Assembly: GCA_964016885.1 (NCBI GenBank)
Contig: OZ024740.1
Span: forward strand, 402,566,001 to 402,630,000
Source of the DNA: Eledone cirrhosa
Lineage: Eukaryota
DNA length: 64,000 nucleotides
Reading direction: 5' to 3'
The notes beneath the pieces are model-generated. The model had not been told where the DNA came from and searched no databases. It saw only the letters and a list, made by a program, of their open reading frames with translations. This document shows, in pieces, positions 14,900-29,035 of this stretch (its first letter is position 1; each line of letters begins with the position of its first letter). The position numbers and the translations under genes were made by a program.

Positions 14900-15692
14900 A
14901 TTGTGTGTGTGTTTTACGGGAATAAGCATAATTACATTCACCTCATTTAGTGGTCTGTAAATAAATTTCGAACAAATGTTGTAATACCCCTAGGAGTATT
15001 GTAACTCATTTTTAAAGCTATTATTAACAGCAATCGACTGATTGTAGAGTTATTTTCTGCGTCTGGGATTCTTACGGTGTCTAACATAAATATCAGATTA
15101 CCTACGCGTCGATATTTCCTATGTACGAATTGTTATAATCAAGTTTTTAGGTATAGATATGTTATGTAGATATCGTCTGTTGCCATAGGACTCTTTCTTC
15201 AATGGTCATAGAACTCGGCAGAATACTTTTTCCGACTCTCGATGTATTTCAGCAGATTTGCTATAAGTTTTATCTAGTCTTTCACTCCAAAGACAGCGCT
15301 TTGGCTTGTGTCAGACGCTGTGACCCGGGTGCATCATCAGTACTGTCGGTAGGGGCCGAAACTGCGAAGGTCAATCTCACCGGCTGAATATCTTGGAGTT
15401 CTGTGTCTGTTGTTTGTATTTTTATTTTCAAACAAGATTTTTTAGGGTTTATTCTCAAAAAAATTGTTTTCTCTTGCCTTGTTCTCGTTTGTTATCTTCT
15501 CTGTGTTAATCTTCCTAATGGTATCATATATATATATTGTTTCCGAAGAAGACAGTCTGATCGAACCTATATAAAAGGTCTGAGAATATACAGTTATATA
15601 ACTGCTATAAATCAGGCAATATGATCCGGTACGATATGAATAGGTAAAATCTACTTGACTTGTTTTTATTTTCAATGTTAATTTAATACGTA

Positions 15693-15735
<43 letters not shown>

Positions 15736-15761
15736 CCTGTCTGTGTATGCGTATGTGTGTG

Positions 15762-15801
<40 letters not shown>

Positions 15802-16657
15802 TACATATGTTGTTAAAGAGGTAAGATAGTGGAATGTGGGAGTAAGAGCGAAAGCAAAATGGTAAAGAAGAGAGAAGTGCCATATATTCATTTTGGGGTT
15901 TCAATTTATTTTCAATTTATTTCTCTCTACTCTGGATATATATTCCTTTCAGTCCCTCAATTTCTCACAAACACTCCTACTCTCTAATGATTCCCTATTA
16001 TCTGAATATATTAAGTTTTCAACTACTTCCTTTTATTTTCTTATGTTTCTCTCACTTGTGACTTAAACTTCAGCTCATATGATATTCGGCTCTATTTTTA
16101 TTATACATTTCATAAATTTCATAAATTCACTTTCTTTACGTTCAATTCTAATAGATAATTCTTCTTAGATTCACTTTTTTCTCTCTTCGTCTAATTTCAT
16201 TAATATTTTTACTTTATTTACTATTTTCTAATTTCTTTCACCACCTAATTTTTTTTTTTTTTTGTTTATCCTCGTAATATTTTTCCTTATTGGTTTTTAT
16301 TTTCATGTCATTTCTATTGGTTTTTATTTCCACATCAACTCTTTCTATTTTTCTATAGCGTTTTCATATTTCCCACTTTATATTTCCATATATCAGCCAC
16401 CCACCATGCCTGTTTCCATTACAATTTCTTGTTTATTGCTTTAGATATCAAGTAATGTCGTTAACCGCAATGTAAACAAACGCTACCTTTTTCTCTTCAT
16501 CTTCTCTCAGCTTATCACAACAATAATCCAATTTTCGCAAAATCCTCAATCTACGAAGACATAAAATATTCTCGCATTGTCAGTAAGTCTCCATCTCATT
16601 GATATATAGCAGCAAGTCCCCTTGAGTATCACATCAGTCCGGCAACCAACATTTAGC

Positions 16658-16695
<38 letters not shown>

Positions 16696-16791
16696 GGGGG
16701 GGGGGATATGTGAGTGTGTGTGTGCATGTATGTATGTATGTATGTATAAATATATATATGCATACATATATATGTATATATATATATACAT

Positions 16792-16822
<31 letters not shown>

Positions 16823-16828
16823 CATATG

Positions 16829-16936
<108 letters not shown>

Positions 16937-18262
16937 CACATGTATACGTGTGTGCCATTTTGTATTTATATCATATATATATATATATGTGTTAACTGGA
17001 AGGCTCCAAACATTTAATTTGATGTTATTCCACTGTCACATTAGAAATAAAGATCTCCCCAAAACTGTCCGTGTCCAGGTGCTGTCTTTAAAACTCATTG
17101 ACCTATATTGATAGATTCTGAAATTAAAATGAAAAGGAAAGGAGAGAAGATATATATATTAATAGGATGAATATAAGACGTTTATAATATTCTGACTATG
17201 GCCTTGCTAATCTGATGAATCCTAAATATATAATGTGCTCCTTAGGTGTGATTGTGACTCGTTCATGTGGAAATAATAATACCATGTATCTCTATGTGTG
17301 TCACTTGTTGTGTCCACATCTGTGAGTGAATATATGAATGTATGTGTATTTTGTGCCAGTATGTATATTTATGCATATATGTATTTTTTTGCATGTATGT
17401 ATGATTTTGTGTGTGTGTGTGTGTGTACGCGTGGTTACTGCTTCTGTGGTAATGTGTGTGATTGTGTGTATGCTTGTGGGTGCGAGTGAGTTTGTGTGTG
17501 TGTGTGTCTGTGTATGTGTGTATAATTATACATATATGTATATTGTTTTCATGTATGTATGATTGTGTGTGTGTGTGTGGACGCGTGATTACTGTTTGTG
17601 TGTGCATGTGTGTGAGTATGTGTATGCTTGTGGGTGTGGGTTAGTTTGTGTGTGTGTGTATTTGTGTATGCGTGTATGTGTGAATGGGCATATGTGTGTG
17701 GGTGTGAGTGTGTTTGTGTGTGTGTGTGTATGTGTGTTTGTGTGTGTGTTTGTGCGTGTGTGTGTTTGTATGTGTATGTATGTGCGTGTGTGTGTGTGTT
17801 GGTGTGGGTGAGTGTGTGTGTGTGTATGTATGTGTTTGTGTTTGTGTTTGTGTGTGCAGGTGTGGGTGAGTTTGTGTGTGTGTTTGTTTCTGTTTCTGTT
17901 TGTACGTGTATGTGCATGACGTAAATGTATGACAGTGAATATCATTGAAAGAGGTCAAAGGAGTTAATTAATAGCAGGCGAGATGAGCTGGCTGCTAGCT
18001 TGAAGATCGCTTGAAGGAATGGATAGATGGATAGGACGATGGTAAAATGGATGGAAGGATGGAGGATAGGATTGATGAAACGAAGGATGGATGGAATGAC
18101 AGGACCGTTCTGGAGAATGGTGTACGCCTTTCTGGTTGGCTGCCAGCAAGATAATTTGCTGGATGGCAGATGGATGGCTTGCTGGTTGATTGCATAGGTG
18201 CTTGGCTTGCTTCATTAGGTGGTTTCTATTATTATATATGTATACACACATGCACATATATC

Positions 18263-18396
<134 letters not shown>

Positions 18397-18578
18397 AGAG
18401 AGAGAGCCAGAGAGAGAGTGAAGGGGTTATACGTAATATTAAATACGAAGACCAAAATCCAGAGAGGACACGAAAGTATTGAAGTTTCTGTTGAAAATTG
18501 AAAAGGTCAGAGGAATGAAGAGTGCTCTATGTAAATTACAGAGCTAAATATTTAATGTATAATAAACAATACAGTATA

Positions 18579-18651
18579 ATTACCTCATTACCTGAGGTTT
18601 CCCGAATAAGAGGAATACAAGAAACGTCCGCATTTGTTCTTCAGACAAGGC

Positions 18652-18654
<3 letters not shown>
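18579..18654 (-). ncRNA. type I hammerhead ribozyme (long stem II family)
   Basis: Minus strand: gttgccttgt CTGAAGA a...g GAAA cc tca gg TA atgaggtaat. 10-bp stem I. Homologous to 49476-49553. Confidence 0.75.
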
Positions 18655-18724
<70 letters not shown>

Positions 18725-19339
18725 ACTGAACAAAAAGAAAAACGAACACAGATATATACATATATGTGTTCAAATCGTAAGGGACCAGATTCGCTAAGGT
18801 GAAAAGAATACTAACTATAGACAATAAGGTTTGTCAGACTTAATTCAAGAAAAAATCAAGAAAATAAATACAAACCATAATTGCGGTAACTACCAATCAT
18901 CCGGACAGTTTTGATAATACTGTTTCGCAATATTAATTGTGAAAAGGATACCATATTCTCACTCATCAGCGGGTAAAGAATTATTAGTATTCTCGTCACT
19001 TCTAAGTATATAAAAAAATTGGAAAGTGTGTTTATGTATAACGCACATGGTATCAGAACTTAGCGCGTCTCGCAAACTCACGCCACTAAAATTAGCAGCC
19101 GGGTTTACTCCACATTTGAATTAACTCGACGAACTATATACCTTGGATATATATATATATATATATGTATATATCAGCAAATCTTTATTATTACCATAGA
19201 TTAAAAGTTGAAGCAAACAATTTCTGCTTTCAAGTTAAAGAGGGATTTTCTGAAACTGTATTTATTTTGATGGTATGCATATCTGAATGTTTATTTATTT
19301 ATATTTATATTTATGTATGTGTGCATGCATGCATTTATG

Positions 19340-19432
<93 letters not shown>

Positions 19433-19882
19433 ATATTTATAAAATAACGGGAGGCTGGACTGGTGTAAATCCTTGAGAGGTTTATTATACTATGATCATT
19501 TCAATGACCGGGTTCCAGATGAATCCGGTGATAACATCAGGTATTCGAAATATAACAAAGGAATATGTAAAAACCATGGGTCCGAAAAGTCAGAGACAAA
19601 GAGGACGACTGACCAACTAGGTGCTTTCATCTCGGCCAGTCGCCCTCAAAGTGATGGCTACTCGGTCTGCTAATGACCATCTGGTGAGGGGGCGAAGGCT
19701 TATAATGCACTACCACCCCTAAGTCAAAAAATAAAAAAGGGGATGAAAGAATGAAAGAAAGAAGAAAAAATAAAGAAGTCAGCGTAAGGATCACACTACA
19801 GTCATGCTAGAAAATGCCGCGAAAAATGTTATTCCAAAGCATCTATATTTTAACAAAGAACGAAGGCATATATAATGAGTGT

Positions 19883-19985
<103 letters not shown>

Positions 19986-20384
19986 ACACATATATATATA
20001 TATACATATAGACAGACTGAATAAAAAATGGCGTAGACATACAACACAACAGGAGGAAAAAATATAACACCACTGACGATGTTGCAGATGTGCAACGAAA
20101 GATTTATGTAAATTATGTAAACTATATATATGTGTTTGTGTCTATATTGTATCTGTATTATTTTTGACCGTCGGTCAGTCAATGGCAACATTGAGGACCG
20201 ATTAAGTTAGATCGCAGATATAAAAGACAGCGAGAAGCGAAAACCAACCAAACAGTGAGTGTGTTCTGTTATTAATTCTCGCAATATTTCACAAATATGA
20301 CCCTCCCCAAGTATAACAATATTTGTTTCGACACACGATTTCATATAAAAAACCTCGCTAAACTAATTCATCGCCGCTATATAC

Positions 20385-20463
<79 letters not shown>

Positions 20464-20478
20464 CATATATATATATAC

Positions 20479-20541
<63 letters not shown>

Positions 20542-20655
20542 TAAGAGGAATTCCAACTTTGTCTGATTTACTCGTTTTATTTACAATCCTTTAAAATATA
20601 TATAATGGTATTATAATGAAATAGTATGATAGAATATTAAATTCTAAGTGTTAAT

Positions 20656-20694
20656 TGAACAAGTACTTTCATGCTTTCGCAATCTTCAGGTTCA
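20656..20694 (-). ncRNA. minimal type I hammerhead ribozyme in the PLE 3' pLTR
   Basis: Minus strand: tgaac CTGAAGA t tgc gaaa gca t GAAA gtac TT gttca. Palindromic AAGTACTT; same strand as the ORF. Confidence 0.85.
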
Positions 20695-20819
20695 TGATAT
20701 GTGGTGACAGTCGAGTTTGCAATTTTCAACTGTAATGAGATGGGTAAATTTCCTACCTTTTATACATTTTATACAGAGAAAAGTGGCTCCAGAATGCAAA
20801 GCCCTGTAAACTGTATTTC

Positions 20820-20905
20820 GACCAATCAGTGTGTAGTTTCACTGAATTACTACAGCTGATTGGTTTAAGCGTCACGGCTGGTTGAGCATGCTAACGACCA
20901 ATAGT
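20820..20905. promoter_or_regulatory. CCAAT-box cluster in the PLE pLTR (putative promoter)
   Basis: GACCAATCAG, CTGATTGGTT and GACCAATAG within ~85 bp, upstream (minus sense) of the hammerhead. Confidence 0.35.
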
Positions 20906-21069
20906 CATATCCAACGTATCAATTGTTTTGCTTTTTTGAAATGATGAAAATAGCATTTTCTATTAATCATCACCATCAACATCACTTTTATTATTATTAT
21001 TATTGTTGTTGTTGTTGTTGTTAGTGGTCGTGGTCATAGTGGTAGTAGAAGTAATACCCCTAGGCGTTA

Positions 21070-23256
21070 TTATTGTTCATTTAGCTTGGGTTTGAATTTA
21101 TCAATAAAATTCTTTTCTTTGATTTTTCTCTTGATTTCATTTGGGCTGTGTAATTTGTAGAATGGGAATATTATAAATATTCCCTGACCACATGTTGCCA
21201 GGTGGCCGCTTAGGGGTATCTGACGGACATTTGGGTCTCTGATTTGTTGACGGTGTACCCGTGCACGTTCCGATAGTGCATTTCCAGTTTGACCGACATA
21301 TAGTTCTTCACAATTCGGGCATTTAATGCAGTAAATTAGATTTCTGCTTTTGCAGTTCATATTTGCATTTGTGAATATTTTTCCAGTTTTTGTTTTCATA
21401 TATTGACCGGCGTGTATGGATTGACATGTGCCGCATCGATTATCATTGCATTTAGATACAGTGAATGATTGGTCTTTGTTGTTAAGGTCAAACTTTGCTT
21501 TTGTTAGCAATTGCTTCAAATTTTTTGGCTGTCTTTTACTAAGAGTCAAAGATCGATCTGTGATTAAGCCTTTTAATTCATTACTTTGAGCAATGATCGG
21601 TAGGTTTGCTTTGGCAGTGTTGAAGATATTCTGGTGACATGGGTTGTGTGTCATTATAAATGGTATGACCAGTTCTTGGTTTCTTCTTCTTTGGGTTGTT
21701 CTAAGTTGTTGTATAGGTATTTTTATAGCCCGCTGTATGCCATTTTCTATAAGTAGAGATGGGTATTTTTGTTTGAGCAAAAATTCTCTTAGTTCTGTTA
21801 GGCGTTTGTACCTGGTATTCGTATCTTCTACAATGGTACAAATTCTTCTGGCTAGGCAGTATGGGATGTTGCGTTTTGTATGAGGTGGATGGCACGACTT
21901 AAAATTCAGATATTGATGGGTGTCTGTGTGTTTATAATATATATCCGTGGTAATGGTGGTGTCGTTTTTGATTATCATTATATCTAGGAATGGTAATTTG
22001 GTCCTACTCATCTCTTTTGTGAATTGGAGAGATGGGTGTAGGTTATTCAGGAGGATATTGAACTCATCCAGAGTATCTAGAGATTCTGTCCAGATGATGA
22101 AACAGTCGTCAAGGTATCTCTTCCAAGATTTTTCAATGTACTTTCTAAAGTCAGTACTATATTTTTCCTCTATTTCTTGGTAGAGTTGTTGTTCTAAGTA
22201 TCCCATTACAGAGTTCGCGTAAACGGGAGCAAACTTCGTTCCCATCGCTGTGCCTCTAATTTGGATGTAATTCTTTCCATTGAAGAAGAAAGTGTTGTTT
22301 TCCAGAATAAGTTTAACTGCGTCTAATATAAATGGCGCTGTGAATCTAATGGGAATCACTTCTCTATGTTTTTCCACCCAGTATTTAACCGCCTTTATTC
22401 CTAAATCATGTGTAATGTTGGTGTAAAGGCTTACCACATCAAAACTGAGTAGAAGTGAATTCGTTTCCGTGGTTTTGGGAAGATGGGACAGGAAGTCGAT
22501 ATCATCCCGGATGAAACTGGGTATGTGAATACATAGTGGTTTCAAAATAATGTCAACAAAATTGCTTAGACGGTGAGTGGGGCATGTTGGACCAGCTATA
22601 ATAGGTCTAAGTTTTAAGTCTTTTGGGTGTAATAATTTAATGTACTCACTGTTTTGTTCTCTTACTGCCAGTTGTATTTCTTTTGACTTGTGAACTTTCG
22701 GTAGGCCATACAGGTTGCTGGGTTTCGGCTCAAAATTGGTGATGTAGTCTCTTTCCTTATCAGTAAATGAGTTGTGGTATTTTGAAGCCAGGTTGTTGAT
22801 CTTCTTCATGATGTTGTGGTCTATATTTGACGGTATTTCATGATAGAATGTTGTGTCTTTCAGTTGTTCCTCAACCAAATCCTTGTAGTATTCAGTATCC
22901 ATTATAACAACTGCACCCCCTTTATCTGCTTGTTTAATTATTATTGTTTTATCATTTTGTATACGTTTAAGTGCAGACATTTCTGATTTGTTAATGTTTG
23001 GCCTAACATTAGTATTATGTCTAAGAGGAAATTTAGACAGGATGTCAATGTATTGGTCGAGATAGATATTTCTTCCTTTTGGCGGAGTGAAATTTGATTT
23101 ATTCTTTACTAGTGATTCATCACTCTCATTATTTTTATCAGCGAAGAATTCTACAAGACGTAATTTTCGACAGAATTCTTGGGTATCCTCCTTCAGTTCT
23201 TGGTGGTTGACTGTTGGAGTCGGTGTGAATTTCAGTCCTTTTGACAGAATTTGCAT
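21070..23256 (-). CDS. PLE reverse transcriptase plus GIY-YIG endonuclease (728 aa, uninterrupted)
   Basis: LSKGLKFTP, IKQADKGGAVV, LYGLPKVHK, LRPIIAG, SFDVVSLYTNI, GTAMGTKFAP, RYLDD, LPFLDI, linker CNDNRCGTC, LIYCIKCPNC..YVGQTG...R..H, PKLN. The frame stays open up to 23397. Confidence 0.93.
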   Translation of the reverse strand: MQILSKGLKFTPTPTVNHQELKEDTQEFCRKLRLVEFFADKNNESDESLVKNKSNFTPPKGRNIYLDQYIDILSKFPLRHNTNVRPNINKSEMSALKRIQNDKTIIIKQADKGGAVVIMDTEYYKDLVEEQLKDTTFYHEIPSNIDHNIMKKINNLASKYHNSFTDKERDYITNFEPKPSNLYGLPKVHKSKEIQLAVREQNSEYIKLLHPKDLKLRPIIAGPTCPTHRLSNFVDIILKPLCIHIPSFIRDDIDFLSHLPKTTETNSLLLSFDVVSLYTNITHDLGIKAVKYWVEKHREVIPIRFTAPFILDAVKLILENNTFFFNGKNYIQIRGTAMGTKFAPVYANSVMGYLEQQLYQEIEEKYSTDFRKYIEKSWKRYLDDCFIIWTESLDTLDEFNILLNNLHPSLQFTKEMSRTKLPFLDIMIIKNDTTITTDIYYKHTDTHQYLNFKSCHPPHTKRNIPYCLARRICTIVEDTNTRYKRLTELREFLLKQKYPSLLIENGIQRAIKIPIQQLRTTQRRRNQELVIPFIMTHNPCHQNIFNTAKANLPIIAQSNELKGLITDRSLTLSKRQPKNLKQLLTKAKFDLNNKDQSFTVSKCNDNRCGTCQSIHAGQYMKTKTGKIFTNANMNCKSRNLIYCIKCPNCEELYVGQTGNALSERARVHRQQIRDPNVRQIPLSGHLATCGQGIFIIFPFYKLHSPNEIKRKIKEKNFIDKFKPKLNEQ

Positions 23257-23303
23257 TTCATCATTGTCAAGATCTCTTTTAGATAAATTAATTATTTTAG
23301 GAT

Positions 23304-23833
23304 CTACGTGTACAGCTGTTTTGGGTATGTTTCCTCCTGGAGTTTTTCTTTTTCTGGTTTTTGTTGTCCTGACGTTAAAAAATGAATTTTTCTCTGTTCA
23401 GGATTTATATTCCTGTTGGTGTTCGCTTGATGAACTTTTGGTCGTGATATTATATTTGGTTTCGTTATGTATTTTGTCCTATTTTTGGTATTCTGTATAT
23501 TATTTTTCTTCCTGTTAGCATTATTTTTAACAATCTGGGAAAATGACCTAGGTTTGCTTTCAGGTTTAGATCGTTTTTTCGTCCAGTTTCTTGTGGGCAA
23601 TCTCTGTTGAGATCTTGAGAGTGATCTGGTTATTCTACGTTTTGTTTCCACATTCCTTGTTGGTAGTCTCTGTTGAGATCTTGAGAATGATCTCCTGGTT
23701 TTACTACTTCTCATGGTCTGGTCAAAGGAATACCTATCGTGTTTGTGCTTTTTGTTCATGTTGTGTGCGATAGGGTGTTTTTGTAGAAAAAGCGAAGAGT
23801 TATTACCGTAGTTCTTCTTTGATTCAAGGTATC
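23304..23833 (-). CDS. Arg/Ser/Lys-rich upstream ORF of the PLE (5'-truncated)
   Basis: Open from the (TA)n junction to TAG at 23304. Contains a duplicated [14 protein letters not shown] and overlaps the RT frame by ~94 nt. Confidence 0.6.
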
Positions 23834-23835
23834 TC

Positions 23836-23966
<131 letters not shown>

Positions 23967-24667
23967 CGAAAAAAACGAAGATAATACGTCATATGTGGAG
24001 CGTGGAGAACAATTGCACGCAAAGACAAAACCACGTAAATGGTATAGCAGAAGTCGTAGACTAAAATTCTAACTAGGAGACCGAATGAATTTCCGCTTCA
24101 GAGTTAAGAACAAAGTAAATAAATACAATACAGAGGTAATAGAAATTAAATAAATACATATACGCATACAAATACGTACATACACAAGCATAGGCGAAAA
24201 CACTTACCATAGGTATACAAAACCACGCACATATAAATATGTGTGTGTGTGTGTGTATGCGTGCATACAAATAAATAAATAATTAAATAAACGTATATAA
24301 ATAAATAAATACGTATATAACAAGCGCACACACATACCTACATGTAAATACACAAATGTTCGGAGACGTAAGTCAACCAAAACATGAAGTACACATATAC
24401 ACACACCCTACATACGTACGAACCTGCATACTCACACAGACGCAAAACTCCCGTATACACATAACCAAACCATAAGTACCAGAATATATCAAAAATTATA
24501 CGCCATAACATATACAATCAAATATACGTACGAGAAGGTATACGTACCTTCACAAAACATACAGGTAATATATACTTACCTATGCAAATAAGTAATGGTA
24601 TAAACAAAACATATACTTAGCTACAACATCAAGACGTAAAATATCCACGTATAGATCGTACTATCCG

Positions 24668-26785
24668 TTAGGGTATAACGTGGGGCTGTAAAGTTTTGTG
24701 CAAATTATGTTTACAAGCAGAAATTGCCTCAGATTTTTTGTTTAAGATGTGGTCTGTGGCGTAGAGTATTTCCAGGGCCTCAGCGGCGCAGAGGTCACAT
24801 GGTCTTTTATTTCTATTATACGATCTAGCCCTAGCTAGGATCTCCCAGTGTAACCTATATTGGGTGTGGTTGTCTTTTAGACTCCAGATATAAGCTGAAA
24901 GTGACGTCATATTCCTTCTTAGAGGGTAACGAAAAGAATGGGTATGCATGTAAAGACGCTGCTTGAATCTATTGGCGGTTAACCCTATGTAGGCCCTACG
25001 GGACGTGGGTGTTTCAACCTTACATTTGTAGACAATGTTACTAGAGAGGCATTTCCCGGATAGGGGCAATCAACCCGATTCCTACAATTACAGTTAGTAC
25101 TAACTACAGGGTTGCACGTGTTCCTACGGCTAGGTAGTTTAGCTAAATTTGAAGCTGTAATGTTATGTGCAAGGTTAGTAGTCGTAGAGTAAGACATTTT
25201 AATCGTGTTTCTATTAAAAATTTTACTATATTTATGTGTAGGGGGAAAATGCTTCGTAATAAGGGAAAGAATGATCTTAGCTAATGGTGTGGCGACCTCC
25301 ATATTATATGGTGGGTTATACCAACAAATGCGACGGGATCTATTTCTTCTAGGTCTATTTTCGTACTCTGTAAATGCTACGTTATCGACAAATCCACTCC
25401 GAGCAAGAGCTTCATTGTAATAAGTGGAATGGTTGTTGAAAATATGATCGTTAGTAGATAGACGGAAAGCCTCAACGAAAGGTTTCTTACCAGGTTCTTG
25501 GTTATGCTGGCAGGATGGTTGGAATGCGTACTTATGTAATTAAGCGTATCATTCGGCTTTCTATACGGGTAATACAACCCATTCAATAAATTGAGGGTAA
25601 CGTCGAGGTAATTAACGACCGAGAGATAGGCCTCAACCTGTATAGAGAGGTTGAAGCCTTTAAATTAGGCTGTGAGTTCTTTTCTGAACCTGTCGCAAGC
25701 ACGTGGTCCGCACTTAGTCATAGTCAAAAGACCATCATCACGGTACAAACCACCGCTCGCGCTCGGGAATTCGTCCTTGATAGAGAAGAGAAGGAAAAGG
25801 CCGGTAAGATCAGTAACCTCCGCAGAATCGCTGGCGCCCATACTCACGTCGGATGGGGTACTAATGGATTTTTTAATCCAAATAGAGTCGTCGAAATTAA
25901 TCACTGACTTACGGGCATTGAGGATGACATCAACTTCGAAATCCTTAACCACTGTGAGTGTTTTAGCGAAATTGATAGCTCTAAGGAGAAGCGGTAAACT
26001 GATGGAGGAGTAGTAATTGTTGATGTCGAATTGGATAAAATGGCAATGTTCCTTGTTACATATGCCGTTGAACCAATCAATCACCGCGAAAGAAATGTTC
26101 CACAGTGCAAGAGGGGCCAAACTTCTAATTTCAGGTATAATTCTATCAAGAATCCTTTTACTAAGTCTACCTAAATCGGATTTCGTAGGGTTAATAAGCC
26201 GAATAGAGGGGTTGTTCGGAAAATTGGATTTGTGATCCTTCAGGGTAAAGTGGGGAGAAATAGGGTCCAGAGGTTCGGTCCGGTCCAGGATGTTGAGATC
26301 AGATGTGATTTTAAACCCAGCATCGTTGATTTCATTGATGACGCACCGATTAGTTTTACCGTAATCCTTAGTTACAGCATTGTGTAGTAGTTGATGGTAA
26401 GTACTGCGCTCCACTTGATATAGGTTGTCACTTTTGTCGGGTTTGGACGTGCACGGCATTAGAATCCTTAATAGAACGAACTCTATTCTTCAGGTCCTGC
26501 TGGAAGGAATTGCTCCTATTCCGAAATTTGATACTCCATATGAGTTCCAAGACATCATTTTCGAAGGGTAGCAATGGTGGGTTACATGGGGGGGGGGGGG
26601 GTTATTATAGGTTTTAAACCCAAATTTATCCTGTTTGTTGTCTGCTTTTCGCGCATTATCGAAATAAAAGGCAGGCCACGCAACCTTTTAATGAACGCGT
26701 CTCTTTTCTGTATCAGGAGTTTTAGGTATGTTTTCCTGCTTGGTACTGGTATGTTCTTTGTAGAAATATTCAAATGTTGTTTCTG
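24668..26785 (-). pseudogene. PLE RT plus GIY-YIG pseudogene (multiple frameshifts)
   Basis: Pieces lie in ORFs 26582-26773, 25665-26459, 25377-25586, 24985-25302 and 24668-25069. Confidence 0.88.
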
Positions 26786-26942
26786 AATGATGAATATAAG
26801 TCAATAGAGTGCTCAACCGAGGGAGCCAAATAGTAATAATAATAAATTTGAAGACTAAAATCCAAAGAGGGCTCGATAAGGATAAATATATATCAAATAT
26901 ATAAGAACCGTAGAGCAAATATTTATTAAAATAACAGATTAA

Positions 26943-26993
26943 AGTTTAAGCAAAGAATCGCTGCTTTCACCCTTAACAGGATCTTCTGAAACT
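26943..26993 (-). ncRNA. degenerate hammerhead in the PLE 5' region (core CAGAAGA)
   Basis: Minus strand: agttt CAGAAGA tcct gtta agggt GAAA gca gcgattctt tgc TT aaact. Confidence 0.55.
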
Positions 26994-27821
26994 AACAAAG
27001 TCAATCTGTAAACGCAGAAGTGGATATTTCAAAAAAACGTTGCACCCGGAGGAAGACAGGAAGGCGATACTTTGGTTCGTGGAGACGTTCCCTGGCAAAG
27101 AAAGGGGAAAAACGAATATAATACGTCATTAATAGGAACGGTGAAAAACAATTACGCGCAAAGACAGAACCACGTTTATGGTATAAAAGAGGTCGTACAC
27201 TAATGTTCTCTTAGGTGGTTCATAGAGACGTTCTCTGGCAATGGACGAAAAAAACCATGATAATACGTCATATGTGGAGCGTGGAGAACAATTGCACGCA
27301 AAGACAAAACCACGTAAATGGTATAGCAGAAGTCGTAGACTAATAATTCTAACTAGGAGACCGAATGAATCTCCGCTTCAGAGTTAAGAACAAAGTAAAT
27401 AAATACAATACAGAGGTAATAGAAATTAAATAAATACATACACGCATACAAATACGTACATACACAAGCATAGGCGAAAACACTTACCATAGGTATACAA
27501 AACCATGAACATATAAATATGTGTGTGTGTGTATGCCTGTATTCAAATAAATAAATATTTAAATAAACGTATATAAATAAATAAATACGTATATAACAAG
27601 CGCACACACATACCTACATGTAAATACACAAATGTTCGGAGACGTAAGTCAACCAAAACATGATGTACACATATACACACACCCTTCATACGTACGAACC
27701 TGCATACTCACACAGACGCAAAACTCCCGTATACACATAACCAAACCATATGTACCAGAATATATATAATTATACGCCATAACATATACAATCAAATATA
27801 CGTACGAGAAGGTATACGTTT

Positions 27822-27888
<67 letters not shown>

Positions 27889-28360
27889 CTATACCTTGGG
27901 AGGGTCACGTTGCCAATAAGAAACACACGCACCAGTGTCTTTCACTTCAATTTATTATAAGGAATTTATAATTTTCCGGTTGGTTGGCTGGTTCCACAAC
28001 CAGATGGTTGTTTATATATTGTGAAATTTCTTTCGTCACACATTCTCTGACCTCTTCAGTGACTTGGGATTCTTTTCTTTGTTTTTGTGCCTCTCCTTTG
28101 TTCTGTCTTACGCCATCTTGTTTCTGTGTGTGTGTTGTGTGCTCAGTCTGCGCATGCGCCACATCCGCTTTTTTTCGCTTGGTGGTTAATGGCTTAAGCA
28201 TCGTCTCAGTTTGTATGCCCTTTTTAACATATCTTCATTGCTCTGGTATATTCGTCTCCATTGACCGCTTGCCAACACAAATCGAAAGTTGCTTTTCACT
28301 AATTTCTACACGCCGAAATGCGATTCTCACAAAATTATATTTGAAATATATATATATATA

Positions 28361-29035
28361 TATATATAAATGGAAAAGAATGAAATTAAATTTCATCTCT
28401 CACTCTTTAGTACGGCTGATACTTAAATATAAGTATGTATACGTACATACATATATGTATACAGACGTACAGTAGTATGTATATATATATATAAACAAAC
28501 CGAACATTATAATAAATGTTCGGTAAACCCATACGTACATATATATATGTGTACATGTATGTATATATATACATACTACTGTACGTCTGTATACATATAT
28601 GTATGTACGTATACATACATAAATTTAAGTATCAGCCGTACTAAAGAGTGAGAAATGAAATTTCATTTCATTCTTTTCCATTTATCGTTTTCGGTACGCC
28701 CGGCTGACTAACTCACTCGATATGCAAATTAGGCTGCTCAGCTGTTAATATGCATAAGGAAAGTATATACTTTCAAACGTTCAATTATCTGACAGGAAGT
28801 TATACGATGCTGACGATAGCTAATAAGCTTGAAACTAGTTCATCGTTCCTTTGTCAGTGTTGAACAAAAGGGCGACGATGGTTGTCGAACACTCTCCGGC
28901 TTAATTCGGGGTGTTTGTTTACAAACAAACCGAACATTATAATAAATACGTACATATATATATGTGTGCATGTATGTATATTATACATACTAATGTACGT
29001 CTGTATACATATATGTATGTACATATACATACTTA

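Noticed and set aside
19508-19578. Other degenerate hammerhead-like strings (also ~1715-1765, 15260-15350, 30640-30690)
   Set aside because: Core substitutions or no convincing stem I.
20068-20120. Hammerhead candidate CTGACGA tgttgca gatg tgcaac GAAA
   Set aside because: Core and stem II are good, but stem I has only 2 bp; at best a decayed copy.
24668-25110. Selenocysteine recoding, reported for some Naiad PLEs
   Set aside because: Conserved Cys positions in the three endonuclease fragments are ordinary Cys codons; I saw no in-frame TGA at those sites.
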